Shown here piece after piece: positions 55,676-64,000 of a DNA stretch of 64,000 nt. A program made the position numbers and the translations under genes. The stretch's first letter is position 1. The number at the start of each line of letters is the position of its first letter. The DNA lies in the NCBI GenBank assembly GCA_910584975.1, contig CAJUEA010000001.1, positions 269,651 through 333,650 of the forward strand, given 5' to 3'. Origin of the DNA: an uncultured Christensenella sp. (GTDB taxonomy: Bacteria > Bacillota > Clostridia > Christensenellales > UBA3700). Below the pieces are notes generated by a model. The model was not told the origin of the DNA. It searched no databases and saw only the letters and a list, made by a program, of their open reading frames with translations.

Positions 55676-56694
55676 TGAAAAAATTAGCGTTATCTAACCT
55701 TAATAGCTTATACAATGCTATTAATGAAAAAATGAGATTATATGCACCTATCGAAAATAATGGTGCAGTTAACTTTGAGGAATGGAGTGAAGGTGCAGAG
55801 GTCAATTTGAACAAAATGACCGTGAAAAGTGCAAAAGACGCATTCTTCCCACAATGTGAGGACTTGTCAAATTTCAAAAAAGACGGCAAACATATTATTG
55901 TGGAGCAAGGCGAGCTTGTTGCCGAAGATTTTGTGATTTTTGGCGTTAGAGCTTGTGATGTAAGAGCTTTTCACATCCTTGACACTGTTTTTCTTGAAGG
56001 TTTTCTTGACACTTTTTATGAGGCAAGACGCAAACATGGTATTGTTATATCATTAAGTTGCACAAAGCCAGAGGAAAGTTGTTTTTGCAGTAACTTTGGT
56101 ATTGACCCAGCTCAACCTAAAGGCGATATTGAAAGCTATATTGCAGGAGAGAATATTTACTTTAATCCTGTGACAGAAAAAGGCGAAAAGTTTATGGCAG
56201 AGTTTGCAGGACTTTTTGAGAATAGCGATGACAAGGCAGTAAAAGATAGTCAAGCAAAAACTCGTGAAATTATGAGCAAATTGCCATTTAACAATTTGCC
56301 ATTGAAAGAGTTCGGTGGGGATAAGCTTGATGCAATGTTCGCTCGTCCTGAGTGGCAGGCATTGTCAGAGAGCTGTATCGGTTGTGGAACTTGTACATAT
56401 GTTTGCCCAACTTGTCAATGTTATGATGTAAGAGACTACAAAACAAACACTGGCGTAAAAAGATTCCGTTGTTGGGATTCTTGTATGAGAAAAGATTTTA
56501 CAATGATGGCTCACGGAACAAACAGACCAAGCCATATGCAAAGATTCCGTCAAAGATTTATGCATAAATTGGTATATCATCCTGCAAATCACAATGGAGA
56601 GTTTTCTTGTGTTGGTTGTGGAAGATGTGTTGCAAAATGCCCTGTTTCAATGAATATTGTTAAAGTTATGAAAACTTTGGGAGGTAACAAATAA
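55675..56694 (+). CDS. 4Fe-4S subunit (AsrA / sulfhydrogenase beta / FlxB-like)
   Basis: The start overlaps the upstream stop (TAATG). CIGCGTCTYVCPTCQC and CVGCGRCVAKCP are present, with an AsrA-like N-terminal half. Confidence 0.6.
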   Translation: MKKLALSNLNSLYNAINEKMRLYAPIENNGAVNFEEWSEGAEVNLNKMTVKSAKDAFFPQCEDLSNFKKDGKHIIVEQGELVAEDFVIFGVRACDVRAFHILDTVFLEGFLDTFYEARRKHGIVISLSCTKPEESCFCSNFGIDPAQPKGDIESYIAGENIYFNPVTEKGEKFMAEFAGLFENSDDKAVKDSQAKTREIMSKLPFNNLPLKEFGGDKLDAMFARPEWQALSESCIGCGTCTYVCPTCQCYDVRDYKTNTGVKRFRCWDSCMRKDFTMMAHGTNRPSHMQRFRQRFMHKLVYHPANHNGEFSCVGCGRCVAKCPVSMNIVKVMKTLGGNK

Positions 56695-57530
56695 TGAGTG
56701 AAATTATAAAAGACGAATTAGTACCTCATGTGGCAAAAGTAATCAGTGTTCGCACAGATACAAATGATGTTAAAACTTTTGGAGTTGTTGGCATTGATGG
56801 AAGCATAATGTTTGACCACAGACCGGGTCAATGTGCAATGGTATCAATTCCTGGTGTGGGTGAGGCAATGTTTTCAATTACTTCTTCTCCTACAAACACA
56901 GAGTTTAAAGAGTTTTCTATCAAAAGATGTGGTATTTTGACAGAGGCAATCCACCAGTTGGAAGTTGGCGACGAAATTACTGTTAGAGGACCTTATGGAA
57001 AGCCTTTCCCAGTTGACGATGCTTTTGCAAAAAAGAATTTGTTGTTCATTGCAGGTGGTATTGGTATTGCTCCTTTGCGTTCTGTTATCAATTATGTAAG
57101 AGCAAACAGAGATAACTACGGACATGTTGATGTGCTTTATGGTGCAAGAAGTTCAGGCGACCTTGTGGACTATGAGGAGATGACAAAGGAATGGGCAAAC
57201 GACAAAGATTTCAATGTGTTTGTAACCATTGACAGACCTGAGGAAGGTTGGGAAGGTCATGTTGGCTTTGTTCCTGCTTATTTGAAGGAATTGGCTTTTG
57301 ACAACAATCGTACTGCTGTAATTTGTGGACCACCAATTATGATTAAGTTTGTTCTTCAAGGACTTATTGAAATGGGCTTTGATAAAACTCAAGTTTACAC
57401 AACCTTGGAACTTAAAATGAAATGTGGTATCGGCAAATGTGGAAGATGTAACATCGGTTCAAAATTTGTTTGCAAAGATGGTCCAGTTTTCAGATGTGAT
57501 GAGATTGACGAGTTGCCAAACGAATATTGA
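56694..57530 (+). CDS. FAD/NAD(P)H-binding subunit with C-terminal 2Fe-2S (AsrB / PyrK / FlxA-like)
   Basis: The start overlaps the upstream stop (TAATG). RPGQCAMV, LLFIAGGIGIAPL and CGIGKCGRCNIG..VCKDGPVF are present. Confidence 0.75.
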   Translation: MSEIIKDELVPHVAKVISVRTDTNDVKTFGVVGIDGSIMFDHRPGQCAMVSIPGVGEAMFSITSSPTNTEFKEFSIKRCGILTEAIHQLEVGDEITVRGPYGKPFPVDDAFAKKNLLFIAGGIGIAPLRSVINYVRANRDNYGHVDVLYGARSSGDLVDYEEMTKEWANDKDFNVFVTIDRPEEGWEGHVGFVPAYLKELAFDNNRTAVICGPPIMIKFVLQGLIEMGFDKTQVYTTLELKMKCGIGKCGRCNIGSKFVCKDGPVFRCDEIDELPNEY

Positions 57531-57671
57531 TGGCATTGTGGTGTTCAAAAACTATTTGCCAAAATATCGTTAAAAGATTTTTTGCAATCAAAAGTTTTTG
57601 ATAAGTTATTGATTTTACAATAATTGTAGCAAAAGTTACAATATCTTAATAAATAAAAAGAGGATGAGTAT

Positions 57672-58349
57672 ATGAAAGAAATGGTAAATATCTACATAAT
57701 GGGTAAGCTTTATAGTGTGCCAGCTGAACTTACTATTATGAATGCTATGGAATATGCAGGATACAAGCATATTCGCGGTTGTGGTTGCAGAGCAGGTTTT
57801 TGCGGTGCTTGTGCCACTATTTACAGAATTGCTGGAGAAAGTGAGTTGAAATTTGCTTTGGCTTGTCAAACTAAGGTTGATAATAATATGTATATTGCAA
57901 GTATTCCTTATTTCCCAACTCAAAAAGCACAATATGACATAAACGAAATTAAGCCAACAGAACAAATTATGATGCAACTATATCCAGAGATTTATAGCTG
58001 TATCGGTTGCAATGCTTGCACAAAAGCTTGCCCACAAAATTTGAATGTTATGCAATATATTGCTTATGCACAAAGGGCTGATTTTGCAAAGTGTGCTGAG
58101 GAATCATTTGACTGCGTATCTTGTGGTATGTGTTCAAATCGTTGCCCTGCAGGTATCTCACACAGACTTGTATCATTGCTTGCAAGGCGTTTAAACGGTA
58201 AGTACATTATGCCAAAAAGTGAGCATTTGGAAAAAAGAGTAAATGATATTTTGAATGGCGACTATCTTGAGATGCTTGAGAAAATCGCAAACAAGCCTTT
58301 GAGTGAAATTGAAGAGCTTTACAATAACCGTGATATGGAACAAAAATAA
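57672..58349 (+). CDS. succinate dehydrogenase/fumarate reductase Fe-S subunit-like protein
   Basis: A 2Fe-2S motif CGCRAGFCGAC, plus CIGCNACTKACP and CVSCGMCSNRCP. There is no CCG domain. Confidence 0.7.
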   Translation: MKEMVNIYIMGKLYSVPAELTIMNAMEYAGYKHIRGCGCRAGFCGACATIYRIAGESELKFALACQTKVDNNMYIASIPYFPTQKAQYDINEIKPTEQIMMQLYPEIYSCIGCNACTKACPQNLNVMQYIAYAQRADFAKCAEESFDCVSCGMCSNRCPAGISHRLVSLLARRLNGKYIMPKSEHLEKRVNDILNGDYLEMLEKIANKPLSEIEELYNNRDMEQK

Positions 58350-58362
58350 GGAGAGCGTGCAT

Positions 58363-59967
58363 ATGTATACTGATGAAATGTTAGAGTCAATGAAAAAAGT
58401 TGAACTTTCCCGTGAGGCAAGAATTGGTCAGGTACCAAAGCGTATGACTGCTGAGGAAAAAGATATTCTGCTTGCAGAAAATCATCCTGATTATATTGAG
58501 AGTGCATTCACAACTCTTAGTGTTGGTGCAAACAAAGGTCAAAAAGTGCCTTGCGCTCTTGCTGATTTGTTGCAAGGAAAAAGCCGTGTTTTGGGCAAAA
58601 AGATTGATTTGAAAAATATCAAATATGAATCTGATGTGCTTATCATCGGTGGTGGTGGTTCTGGTGCGAGTGCTGCATTGGAAGCTTACAACGCTGGTTG
58701 CAAAGTTGTTATGGTAACAAAACTTAGAATTGGCGATGCAAACACTATGATGGCTGAAGGTGGTATCCAAGCAGCTGACAAAGAAAATGACAGCCCTGCA
58801 ACTCACTATCTTGATGCTTTTGGTGGTGGACACTTTACAAACAAGCCAGAGCTTTTGAAAAAATTGGTTTATAAAGCACCTGAGGCTATCAAATGGCTAA
58901 ATGATATGGGTGTTATGTTTGATAAGGACGAAAATGGCGTGATGGCTACAACTCCAGGTGGTGGTACTTCAAGAAACAGAATGCATGCTTGTGCAGATTA
59001 TTCTGGTGCAGAAATTATGCGTGTTTTGCGTGACGAAGTTTGGAACAAAAACATTGAAGTTGTAGAGTTTACATCTGCAATCGAAATATTGAAGGATGAC
59101 AAAGGAAATGCTGCTGGTGCAATTCTTTTGAATATGGAAACAGGCGAAGTTTCTGTTGCAAAAGCAAAAACTGTTGTTATTTGTACTGGTGGTGCAGGTC
59201 GTTTGCATTATCAAGATTTCCCAACTTCAAATCACTATGGTGCAACTGCAGATGGTTTGGTTTTGGCTTACAGAGCAGGTGCAGTTTTGCGTGATGCAGA
59301 TTCAATTCAATATCATCCAACAGGTGTTGCTTATCCAGCTCAAATGCGTGGTGCTTTGGTTACAGAAAAAGTTAGAAGTATTGGAGCAATGCTTGTAAAT
59401 GTAAATGGCGATGCATTTATGAATCCTCTTGAGTGTCGTGATGTAACTGCATCTTCAATCATTCGTGAGTGCAGAAGAGGCAATGGTGTTAAAACTCCTC
59501 TTGGCGACGCAATTTGGCTTGATAGCCCAATGATTGATATGATTCACGGCGAAGGATATCTTGAAAAGAAACTTCCTGGTATGCTTAGAATGTATCAAAA
59601 AATGGGTATTGATATGAGAAAAGAACCAATCCTTATTTATCCAACACTTCATTATCAAAATGGTGGTGTGGATGTAAATGCTGATAGTATGACTACAACC
59701 GTAAACAATCTTTATGTTGCAGGTGAGGCAGCAGGTGGTGTTCACGGTAGAAACAGACTTATGGGCAACAGTTTGCTTGATGTTATCGTATTTGGTAGAA
59801 ACGCTGGTCAATATGCAGCAGCTCGTGCGAAACAAACTGCTATGCCTGGCAAATTGAACTTTAACCATGTTGCTGCTTTTGACAAGGATGTTAAGGCTGC
59901 AGGTTTGAAGTACAAAGAGGAATCTCCAAAGCTATTGCCAAATTACAACAATATCAAAACACTTTAA
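58363..59967 (+). CDS. fumarate reductase/succinate dehydrogenase-type flavoprotein (soluble)
   Basis: The ATG at 58363 follows AAGGAGAG. VLIIGGGGSGASAALEA, IQYHPTG, YVAGEAAGGVHGRNRLMGNSLLD. Confidence 0.8.
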   Translation: MYTDEMLESMKKVELSREARIGQVPKRMTAEEKDILLAENHPDYIESAFTTLSVGANKGQKVPCALADLLQGKSRVLGKKIDLKNIKYESDVLIIGGGGSGASAALEAYNAGCKVVMVTKLRIGDANTMMAEGGIQAADKENDSPATHYLDAFGGGHFTNKPELLKKLVYKAPEAIKWLNDMGVMFDKDENGVMATTPGGGTSRNRMHACADYSGAEIMRVLRDEVWNKNIEVVEFTSAIEILKDDKGNAAGAILLNMETGEVSVAKAKTVVICTGGAGRLHYQDFPTSNHYGATADGLVLAYRAGAVLRDADSIQYHPTGVAYPAQMRGALVTEKVRSIGAMLVNVNGDAFMNPLECRDVTASSIIRECRRGNGVKTPLGDAIWLDSPMIDMIHGEGYLEKKLPGMLRMYQKMGIDMRKEPILIYPTLHYQNGGVDVNADSMTTTVNNLYVAGEAAGGVHGRNRLMGNSLLDVIVFGRNAGQYAAARAKQTAMPGKLNFNHVAAFDKDVKAAGLKYKEESPKLLPNYNNIKTL

Positions 59968-59979
59968 TTTGAGGTTAAT

Positions 59980-60822
59980 ATGAGAGAGTTAAATGTAAAA
60001 GAGATTACTTGTGCCTTGCGTGAAATGGCAATAAGTATCAATCATCAGCTATCGCCAGATATGTGTGAATTGCTTAACAATTCTGACAGCAAAGAGGAAT
60101 CACCTCTTGGCAAGCAAATTTTAGGACAACTTAAGGAGAATATGCAAATTGCAAAGGATGAAATGATTCCTATCTGTCAAGATACTGGTATGGCTGTTGT
60201 GTTTGCAGAAATCGGTCAAGATGTTCATTTGATTGGTGGCAATCTTGAGGATGCTATCAATGAGGGAATAAGACAAGGCTATGTGGATGGTTATTTGAGA
60301 AAATCTGTGGTTGCTGACCCTATTCAAAGAGTAAACACAAAGGATAACACTCCTGCCGTTATTCACTATTCAATTGTTCCTGGCGATAAGGTTAAACTTA
60401 CTTTGTCTCCAAAAGGTTTTGGCAGTGAAAATATGAGTAAAGTGTATATGCTTAAGCCTGCACAAGGTATTGAAGGGGTTAAAGAGGCAGTTTTGACAGC
60501 TGTTAAAGAGGCTGGACCAAATGCTTGTCCTCCAATCGTTGTTGGTGTAGGCATTGGTGGAACTTTTGAAAAATGTGCTATCCTTGCAAAAAAAGCTTTG
60601 ACAAGAAATGCACTTTCTCACAATCAAATCCCTTATGTAAAAGAACTTGAAATTGAACTTTTGGAAAAAATCAACAATTTGGGCATAGGTCCTGCAGGTT
60701 TGGGTGGAAGAATTACTGCACTTGCCGTAAATGTTGAAACTTATCCTACTCATATCGCTGGTCTTCCAGTTGGTATAAACATCTGTTGTCATGTTAACAG
60801 ACACATTTCTCGTGAACTATAA
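59980..60822 (+). CDS. fumA: class I (Fe-S) fumarate hydratase, alpha subunit
   Basis: ICQDTGMAVVF and VGVGIGGT are alpha-type Fe-S hydro-lyase motifs (tartrate/fumarate family). Confidence 0.85.
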   Translation: MRELNVKEITCALREMAISINHQLSPDMCELLNNSDSKEESPLGKQILGQLKENMQIAKDEMIPICQDTGMAVVFAEIGQDVHLIGGNLEDAINEGIRQGYVDGYLRKSVVADPIQRVNTKDNTPAVIHYSIVPGDKVKLTLSPKGFGSENMSKVYMLKPAQGIEGVKEAVLTAVKEAGPNACPPIVVGVGIGGTFEKCAILAKKALTRNALSHNQIPYVKELEIELLEKINNLGIGPAGLGGRITALAVNVETYPTHIAGLPVGINICCHVNRHISREL

Positions 60823-60832
60823 GGAGGGCTTT

Positions 60833-61381
60833 ATGGATATCAGATTGAACACTCCTCTTACTCGTGAGGATACTGCAAAGCTTACAGCAGGCGATTATGT
60901 TTATTTAAGTGGTACTATTTACACTGCAAGAGATGCTGCACATGCAAGAATGAGTGAAACTTTGGATAAAGGTGAAAGTTTGCCCGTGGATTGGAAGAAT
61001 AATATCGTTTATTATTTAGGACCTACTCCTGCAAGACCTGGTAAAGTTATCGGTTCTGCTGGCCCAACAACTGCAAGTCGTATGGATAAATATGCTCCAA
61101 GACTTTTGGATATGGGCATGATTGGTATGATTGGCAAAGGAAAAAGGACAAAAGAAGTTTTGGATGCTGTTGTAAGAAATGGTGGTGTTTATTTTGCTGC
61201 TGTTGGTGGTGCAGGTGCATTGCTTTCAAAATGCATTAAAAGTGCAGAAGTTGTTGCTTATGATGACTTAGGCACAGAGGCAATTCGTAAATTGGAAGTG
61301 GAAAATTTGCCTGTTATTGTTGTGGCAGACTGCAAAGGTAACAACCTTTATGAAACTGCAACCGAACAATATAAAAAATAA
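60833..61381 (+). CDS. fumB: class I (Fe-S) fumarate hydratase, beta subunit
   Basis: The ATG at 60833 follows AAGGAGGG. YLSGTIYTARDAAH, GPTTASRMD, IGKG. Confidence 0.85.
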   Translation: MDIRLNTPLTREDTAKLTAGDYVYLSGTIYTARDAAHARMSETLDKGESLPVDWKNNIVYYLGPTPARPGKVIGSAGPTTASRMDKYAPRLLDMGMIGMIGKGKRTKEVLDAVVRNGGVYFAAVGGAGALLSKCIKSAEVVAYDDLGTEAIRKLEVENLPVIVVADCKGNNLYETATEQYKK

Positions 61382-61458
61382 TACATATAATTGTAAAAGT
61401 AATAGTGCAGTGTTGCAAAAGTATTTTTAAATTTTGCAAAAGTCAGTCAAAATTTAGC

Positions 61459-61499
61459 TACGGCAATATTGCCGTACTGCTTGCTGCTGAGCAAGCAGT
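61459..61499 (+). other. two abutting perfect hairpins downstream of the fumarase genes (terminator-like, no T run)
   Basis: TACGGCAATATTGCCGTA (61459-76) and ACTGCTTGCT-GCTG-AGCAAGCAGT (61476-99). Confidence 0.5.
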
Positions 61500-61657
61500 A
61501 TTAATCTTTTGAATAGTTTAAAAAATCATTTTAAGCTATTTAAGTTTTTATTTTAAAATTAATAATAAACTTTATATATCAAATTATTTTTAATTTGACA
61601 AACAGACGGAAATAATTAGCTAAACAATATTAAAATTCATTATATTTTGGAGAGAAT

Positions 61658-63097
61658 ATGAAAAAATTACTATCTATTTTATTATGTTTGGTACTTGTAG
61701 TAACCAGTTGTGCATTACTTGTAGGTTGTAGCAGTGATAAAGGTGCTGCAACATTGTATGCAAACAACCTTGTTAACGAAATTACAAACGAGGGCGATGA
61801 TTACATAATCACTTTGAATGGTGAGCATAGTGTTGACACTTTGATTTTGGAAGAAAAAACAGACAATGTCAATTCTTTTGGTGTTTATGGTTATGACAAG
61901 GATGACAAACCTTGCTTGATTTACAGACAAAACAGAATTGACAAGTATAGAGTTTGTGCTTTGGATGCTATGGTTACCAGCAAGTTGAAAATTGAAATTT
62001 TTGATAAAAAAGGCAAAGTTAAAATTGACAATATCGAAGTTTATGACAGCAGTGCATCAAAAAGAGAAGCTCCTTTCAGAGTGACTGAGTATTTGATGTC
62101 AACTGACCAAAAATTGCAAAACAACAGAAATAATAGCGAATTGTATGAACACTTGAAGGTTGTTACTGATCTTGTTTTGATTGGCGAAATTAGTATGGAT
62201 GCACAAGGTAATGTAATTTGCAATGAAGGTGCTGAAGATTTTGCAAGTGATATGGCAATTTTGAATGAGTTTAAAACAAAAATCAAAAATCCTAACATGA
62301 AAATTATTGCAAGTGTTGATATTCAGTCAAACACTATTCCTGCTGATGTAAAAGATAAATACAAAAACAAAGAAGTTTACAAATGGATTAAGAAAAATCT
62401 TGCAACAATTTCTTCAAATTTGACTGCTTTTGCAAATCAATATGGCTTAGATGGTATTGACTTGGATTGGCAATATCCAGAAAACGGAACACAATGGAAC
62501 TGGTATTCAAAATTGATTGTTGAACTTGGAAACAAGCTTAAGGCTGACAACAAAATTTTGACTGCTACACTAAGACCAAATGCCTGCAGTTTATCTAAAA
62601 AAGCAAGAACTGCTTTGGAATATGTAAACTTGATGACTTATGATATGTTTGACGAAAGAGGCGAGCATTCATCAAATTACGAGACTTGCAGACATTCAGT
62701 TGAAGAGTTTATGAAAAAATCTAAGTTTACTGCTGATAAAATCACATTGGGTATTCCTTTTTATGGAAGAACAACCAATCAATCTATCATAATTTTTGAG
62801 TATGGCGAGTATTTTGGCAAAAAAGCTGACACTGAAATTGACAAGTGGGTAAACAAGATTTACAACTACAAATATCTTGATAAAGATGGCATTGAAAAAT
62901 ATAGCGAAGTTTATTATAATGGCTATGCAATGATTCGTGATAAAGTTACATATGCTTTGGCAAGTGGCTTGGGTGGTGTTTCAATTTTCAGATTATCCTA
63001 TGATATTTCTTCAAAAAGAGAATATTCATTGCACAACGCAGTTGCAGAGGCTATTGAAAGAGCTATGCCAAAAGCTACTTCTACAAGCGCAAAATAA
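61658..63097 (+). CDS. GH18 (chitinase-like) lipoprotein with the catalytic Glu replaced by Gln
   Basis: The signal peptide is MKKLLSILLCLVLVVTSCALLVGC, with lipobox LVGC. The GH18 motif reads DGIDLDWQYP, whereas the canonical form is DG.D.DWEYP. MTYD is also present. Confidence 0.8.
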   Translation: MKKLLSILLCLVLVVTSCALLVGCSSDKGAATLYANNLVNEITNEGDDYIITLNGEHSVDTLILEEKTDNVNSFGVYGYDKDDKPCLIYRQNRIDKYRVCALDAMVTSKLKIEIFDKKGKVKIDNIEVYDSSASKREAPFRVTEYLMSTDQKLQNNRNNSELYEHLKVVTDLVLIGEISMDAQGNVICNEGAEDFASDMAILNEFKTKIKNPNMKIIASVDIQSNTIPADVKDKYKNKEVYKWIKKNLATISSNLTAFANQYGLDGIDLDWQYPENGTQWNWYSKLIVELGNKLKADNKILTATLRPNACSLSKKARTALEYVNLMTYDMFDERGEHSSNYETCRHSVEEFMKKSKFTADKITLGIPFYGRTTNQSIIIFEYGEYFGKKADTEIDKWVNKIYNYKYLDKDGIEKYSEVYYNGYAMIRDKVTYALASGLGGVSIFRLSYDISSKREYSLHNAVAEAIERAMPKATSTSAK

Positions 63098-63130
63098 TAA
63101 AAAAATCCGTCAAAAATCGGTATTAATTAA

Positions 63131-63160
63131 AAAAGATAGGTTGATTTACCTATCTTTTTT
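63131..63160. terminator. bidirectional intrinsic terminator
   Basis: AAAAGATAGGT pairs with ACCTATCTTTTTT. It lies between convergent genes. Confidence 0.7.
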
Positions 63161-63237
63161 GTGTTAATGCTTAGTGAAAACTGGATATCTTGTTGAAAAA
63201 TCATTGTTGCCAAAAAAGTTTTTTGCGTTTTTTGATT

Positions 63238-63597
63238 TTAAAATACTCCTACTTTGTCAAGCACAATAAGTGTTACAACAGTCACAAACACAATTGCAAC
63301 AATTATGGCAAATGCAATAAGCACTTTTTTGCCTGTTTTGCTAACTTTGTTTACTATGATGTCTTTTTGTTCTTGCTTTTTTGTCATATATTTTTTCACA
63401 AAATCAAGTTGTTTTTCTGAAAAATCCAAAATTTTATCAAGATTGCTTTTGCCGTATTTATTTTTGTTCACAACAAATTTGCTACCACAATATTGGCAAG
63501 TGGCATTTTCCTTAGTTTCGTCAAATTGCAATTCCCCGCTGCAATGTGGACATTTTGTGCTGATAAAATCATCTTTATCATTATTAAAAAATTTCAT
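63238..63597 (-). CDS. zinc-ribbon protein with C-terminal TM anchor
   Basis: CPHCSG...CQYCGS forms a zinc ribbon, followed by a Lys-rich linker and the TM helix VLIAFAIIVAIVFVTVVTLIVL. Confidence 0.65.
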   Translation of the reverse strand: MKFFNNDKDDFISTKCPHCSGELQFDETKENATCQYCGSKFVVNKNKYGKSNLDKILDFSEKQLDFVKKYMTKKQEQKDIIVNKVSKTGKKVLIAFAIIVAIVFVTVVTLIVLDKVGVF

Positions 63598-63615
63598 TTG
63601 AAATATACTTCTTTG

Positions 63616-64000
63616 TCAGTCCTTCCATTTTGGATTTGTCTCAAGTATTTTTGCAAAAATAGGGCAGTCCTCTTTGTGTGCTCCTTTTAAATATCCTGTG
63701 CTCAGTAAAAATTCTCCAACAATTTCTCCTCCGACAAACTTAAAATGTTTTTTGAAAAGTTTTGCCCATTCTTGTTTTGAAAGAGGATGATTTGCGTCAA
63801 GCCAGTTTTCAAAACTGCCATATTGTTTTTGCAGTTCAAGCACAACTTTTGCGTTATAAATGACTGCATTAATTTTCAGTTTGTTTCGGATAATACCACT
63901 ATCCTGCAATAGTCTTTCAACATCTTTTTCGCTGTAAGTTGCAATTTTCTGAATGTCAAAATTGTCAAATGCTTTGCGAAAATTATCTTGCTTTTTCAGC
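63616..64000 (-). CDS. tag: DNA-3-methyladenine glycosylase I, N-terminus outside window (partial)
   Basis: The track ORF 63616..63909 begins at an internal TTG. The frame stays open to position 64000 (..FRKAFDNFDIQKIATYSEKDVERLLQDSGIIRNKLKINAVIYNA..FVGGEIV..FL.STGY), which matches Tag. Confidence 0.85.
   Translation of the reverse strand, partial: LKKQDNFRKAFDNFDIQKIATYSEKDVERLLQDSGIIRNKLKINAVIYNAKVVLELQKQYGSFENWLDANHPLSKQEWAKLFKKHFKFVGGEIVGEFLLSTGYLKGAHKEDCPIFAKILETNPKWKD

Overview
The window is an AT-rich chromosomal segment (about one-third G+C by eye). It most likely comes from a strictly anaerobic, low-GC bacterium of Bacillota/Clostridia type: promoters are sigma-A-like with TGn-extended -10 boxes, Shine-Dalgarno sites are strong GGAGG, lipoproteins are frequent, and there is an Agr-type LytTR system. 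I saw no rRNA, tRNA, CRISPR array, integrase, transposase, reverse transcriptase or recognisable phage genes. Many ORF-track starts are upstream TTG/GTG extensions, and I re-called those starts from SD spacing.

Gene content, in order:
- Small housekeeping and accessory genes: YdeI-like, DUF4180, GNAT, fused ispDF, a GT4 glycosyltransferase.
- nagB.
- A translationally coupled four-gene operon (10.6-20.8 kb). It encodes a 1194-aa secreted protein, a 2-TM protein, a lipoprotein and a 1644-aa GLUG/Big_2/Pmp-like protein with a (Gly-Gly-X)n tail.
- A cluster of REP-like repeats.
- A COG2509 FAD protein preceded by a structured leader.
- nagA.
- Two tandem paralogous membrane-anchored beta-helix-like proteins of unknown family.
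- nahK, a CBM9-like gene, and galE.
- A PHP phosphatase and an [FeFe] hydrogenase.
- A candidate sRNA, then an orphan AgrA/AgrC-like pair.
- A 636-aa membrane protein plus LemA, then a DtxR/MntR-like regulator.
- A second REP-like repeat cluster.
- A LysR-flanked cluster: acetyltransferase, Fe-S aldo/keto reductase, S-component-like protein, DUF1893.
- dinB, galU and ldh.
- A hdrBCA-mvhD-flx-like block, immediately followed by anchorless frdBA-like genes and a class I fumarase.
- A GH18-like lipoprotein with its catalytic Glu replaced by Gln.
- A partial tag gene.

The most interesting unexplained items are these:
- The giant surface-protein operon.
- The paralogous ectoprotein pair embedded in amino-sugar genes.
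- A purine-riboswitch-like mini three-way junction in the leader at 21.5 kb.
- A promoter-to-terminator sRNA unit at 34.8 kb.
- The Hdr/Flx + soluble Frd + fumarase juxtaposition.
- Two recurrent intergenic sequence families: a TGTCATyyCGAGC...TCGAGrrATCTC repeat and a CGATTTTTGA motif.

All family assignments rest on remembered motifs, not searches.
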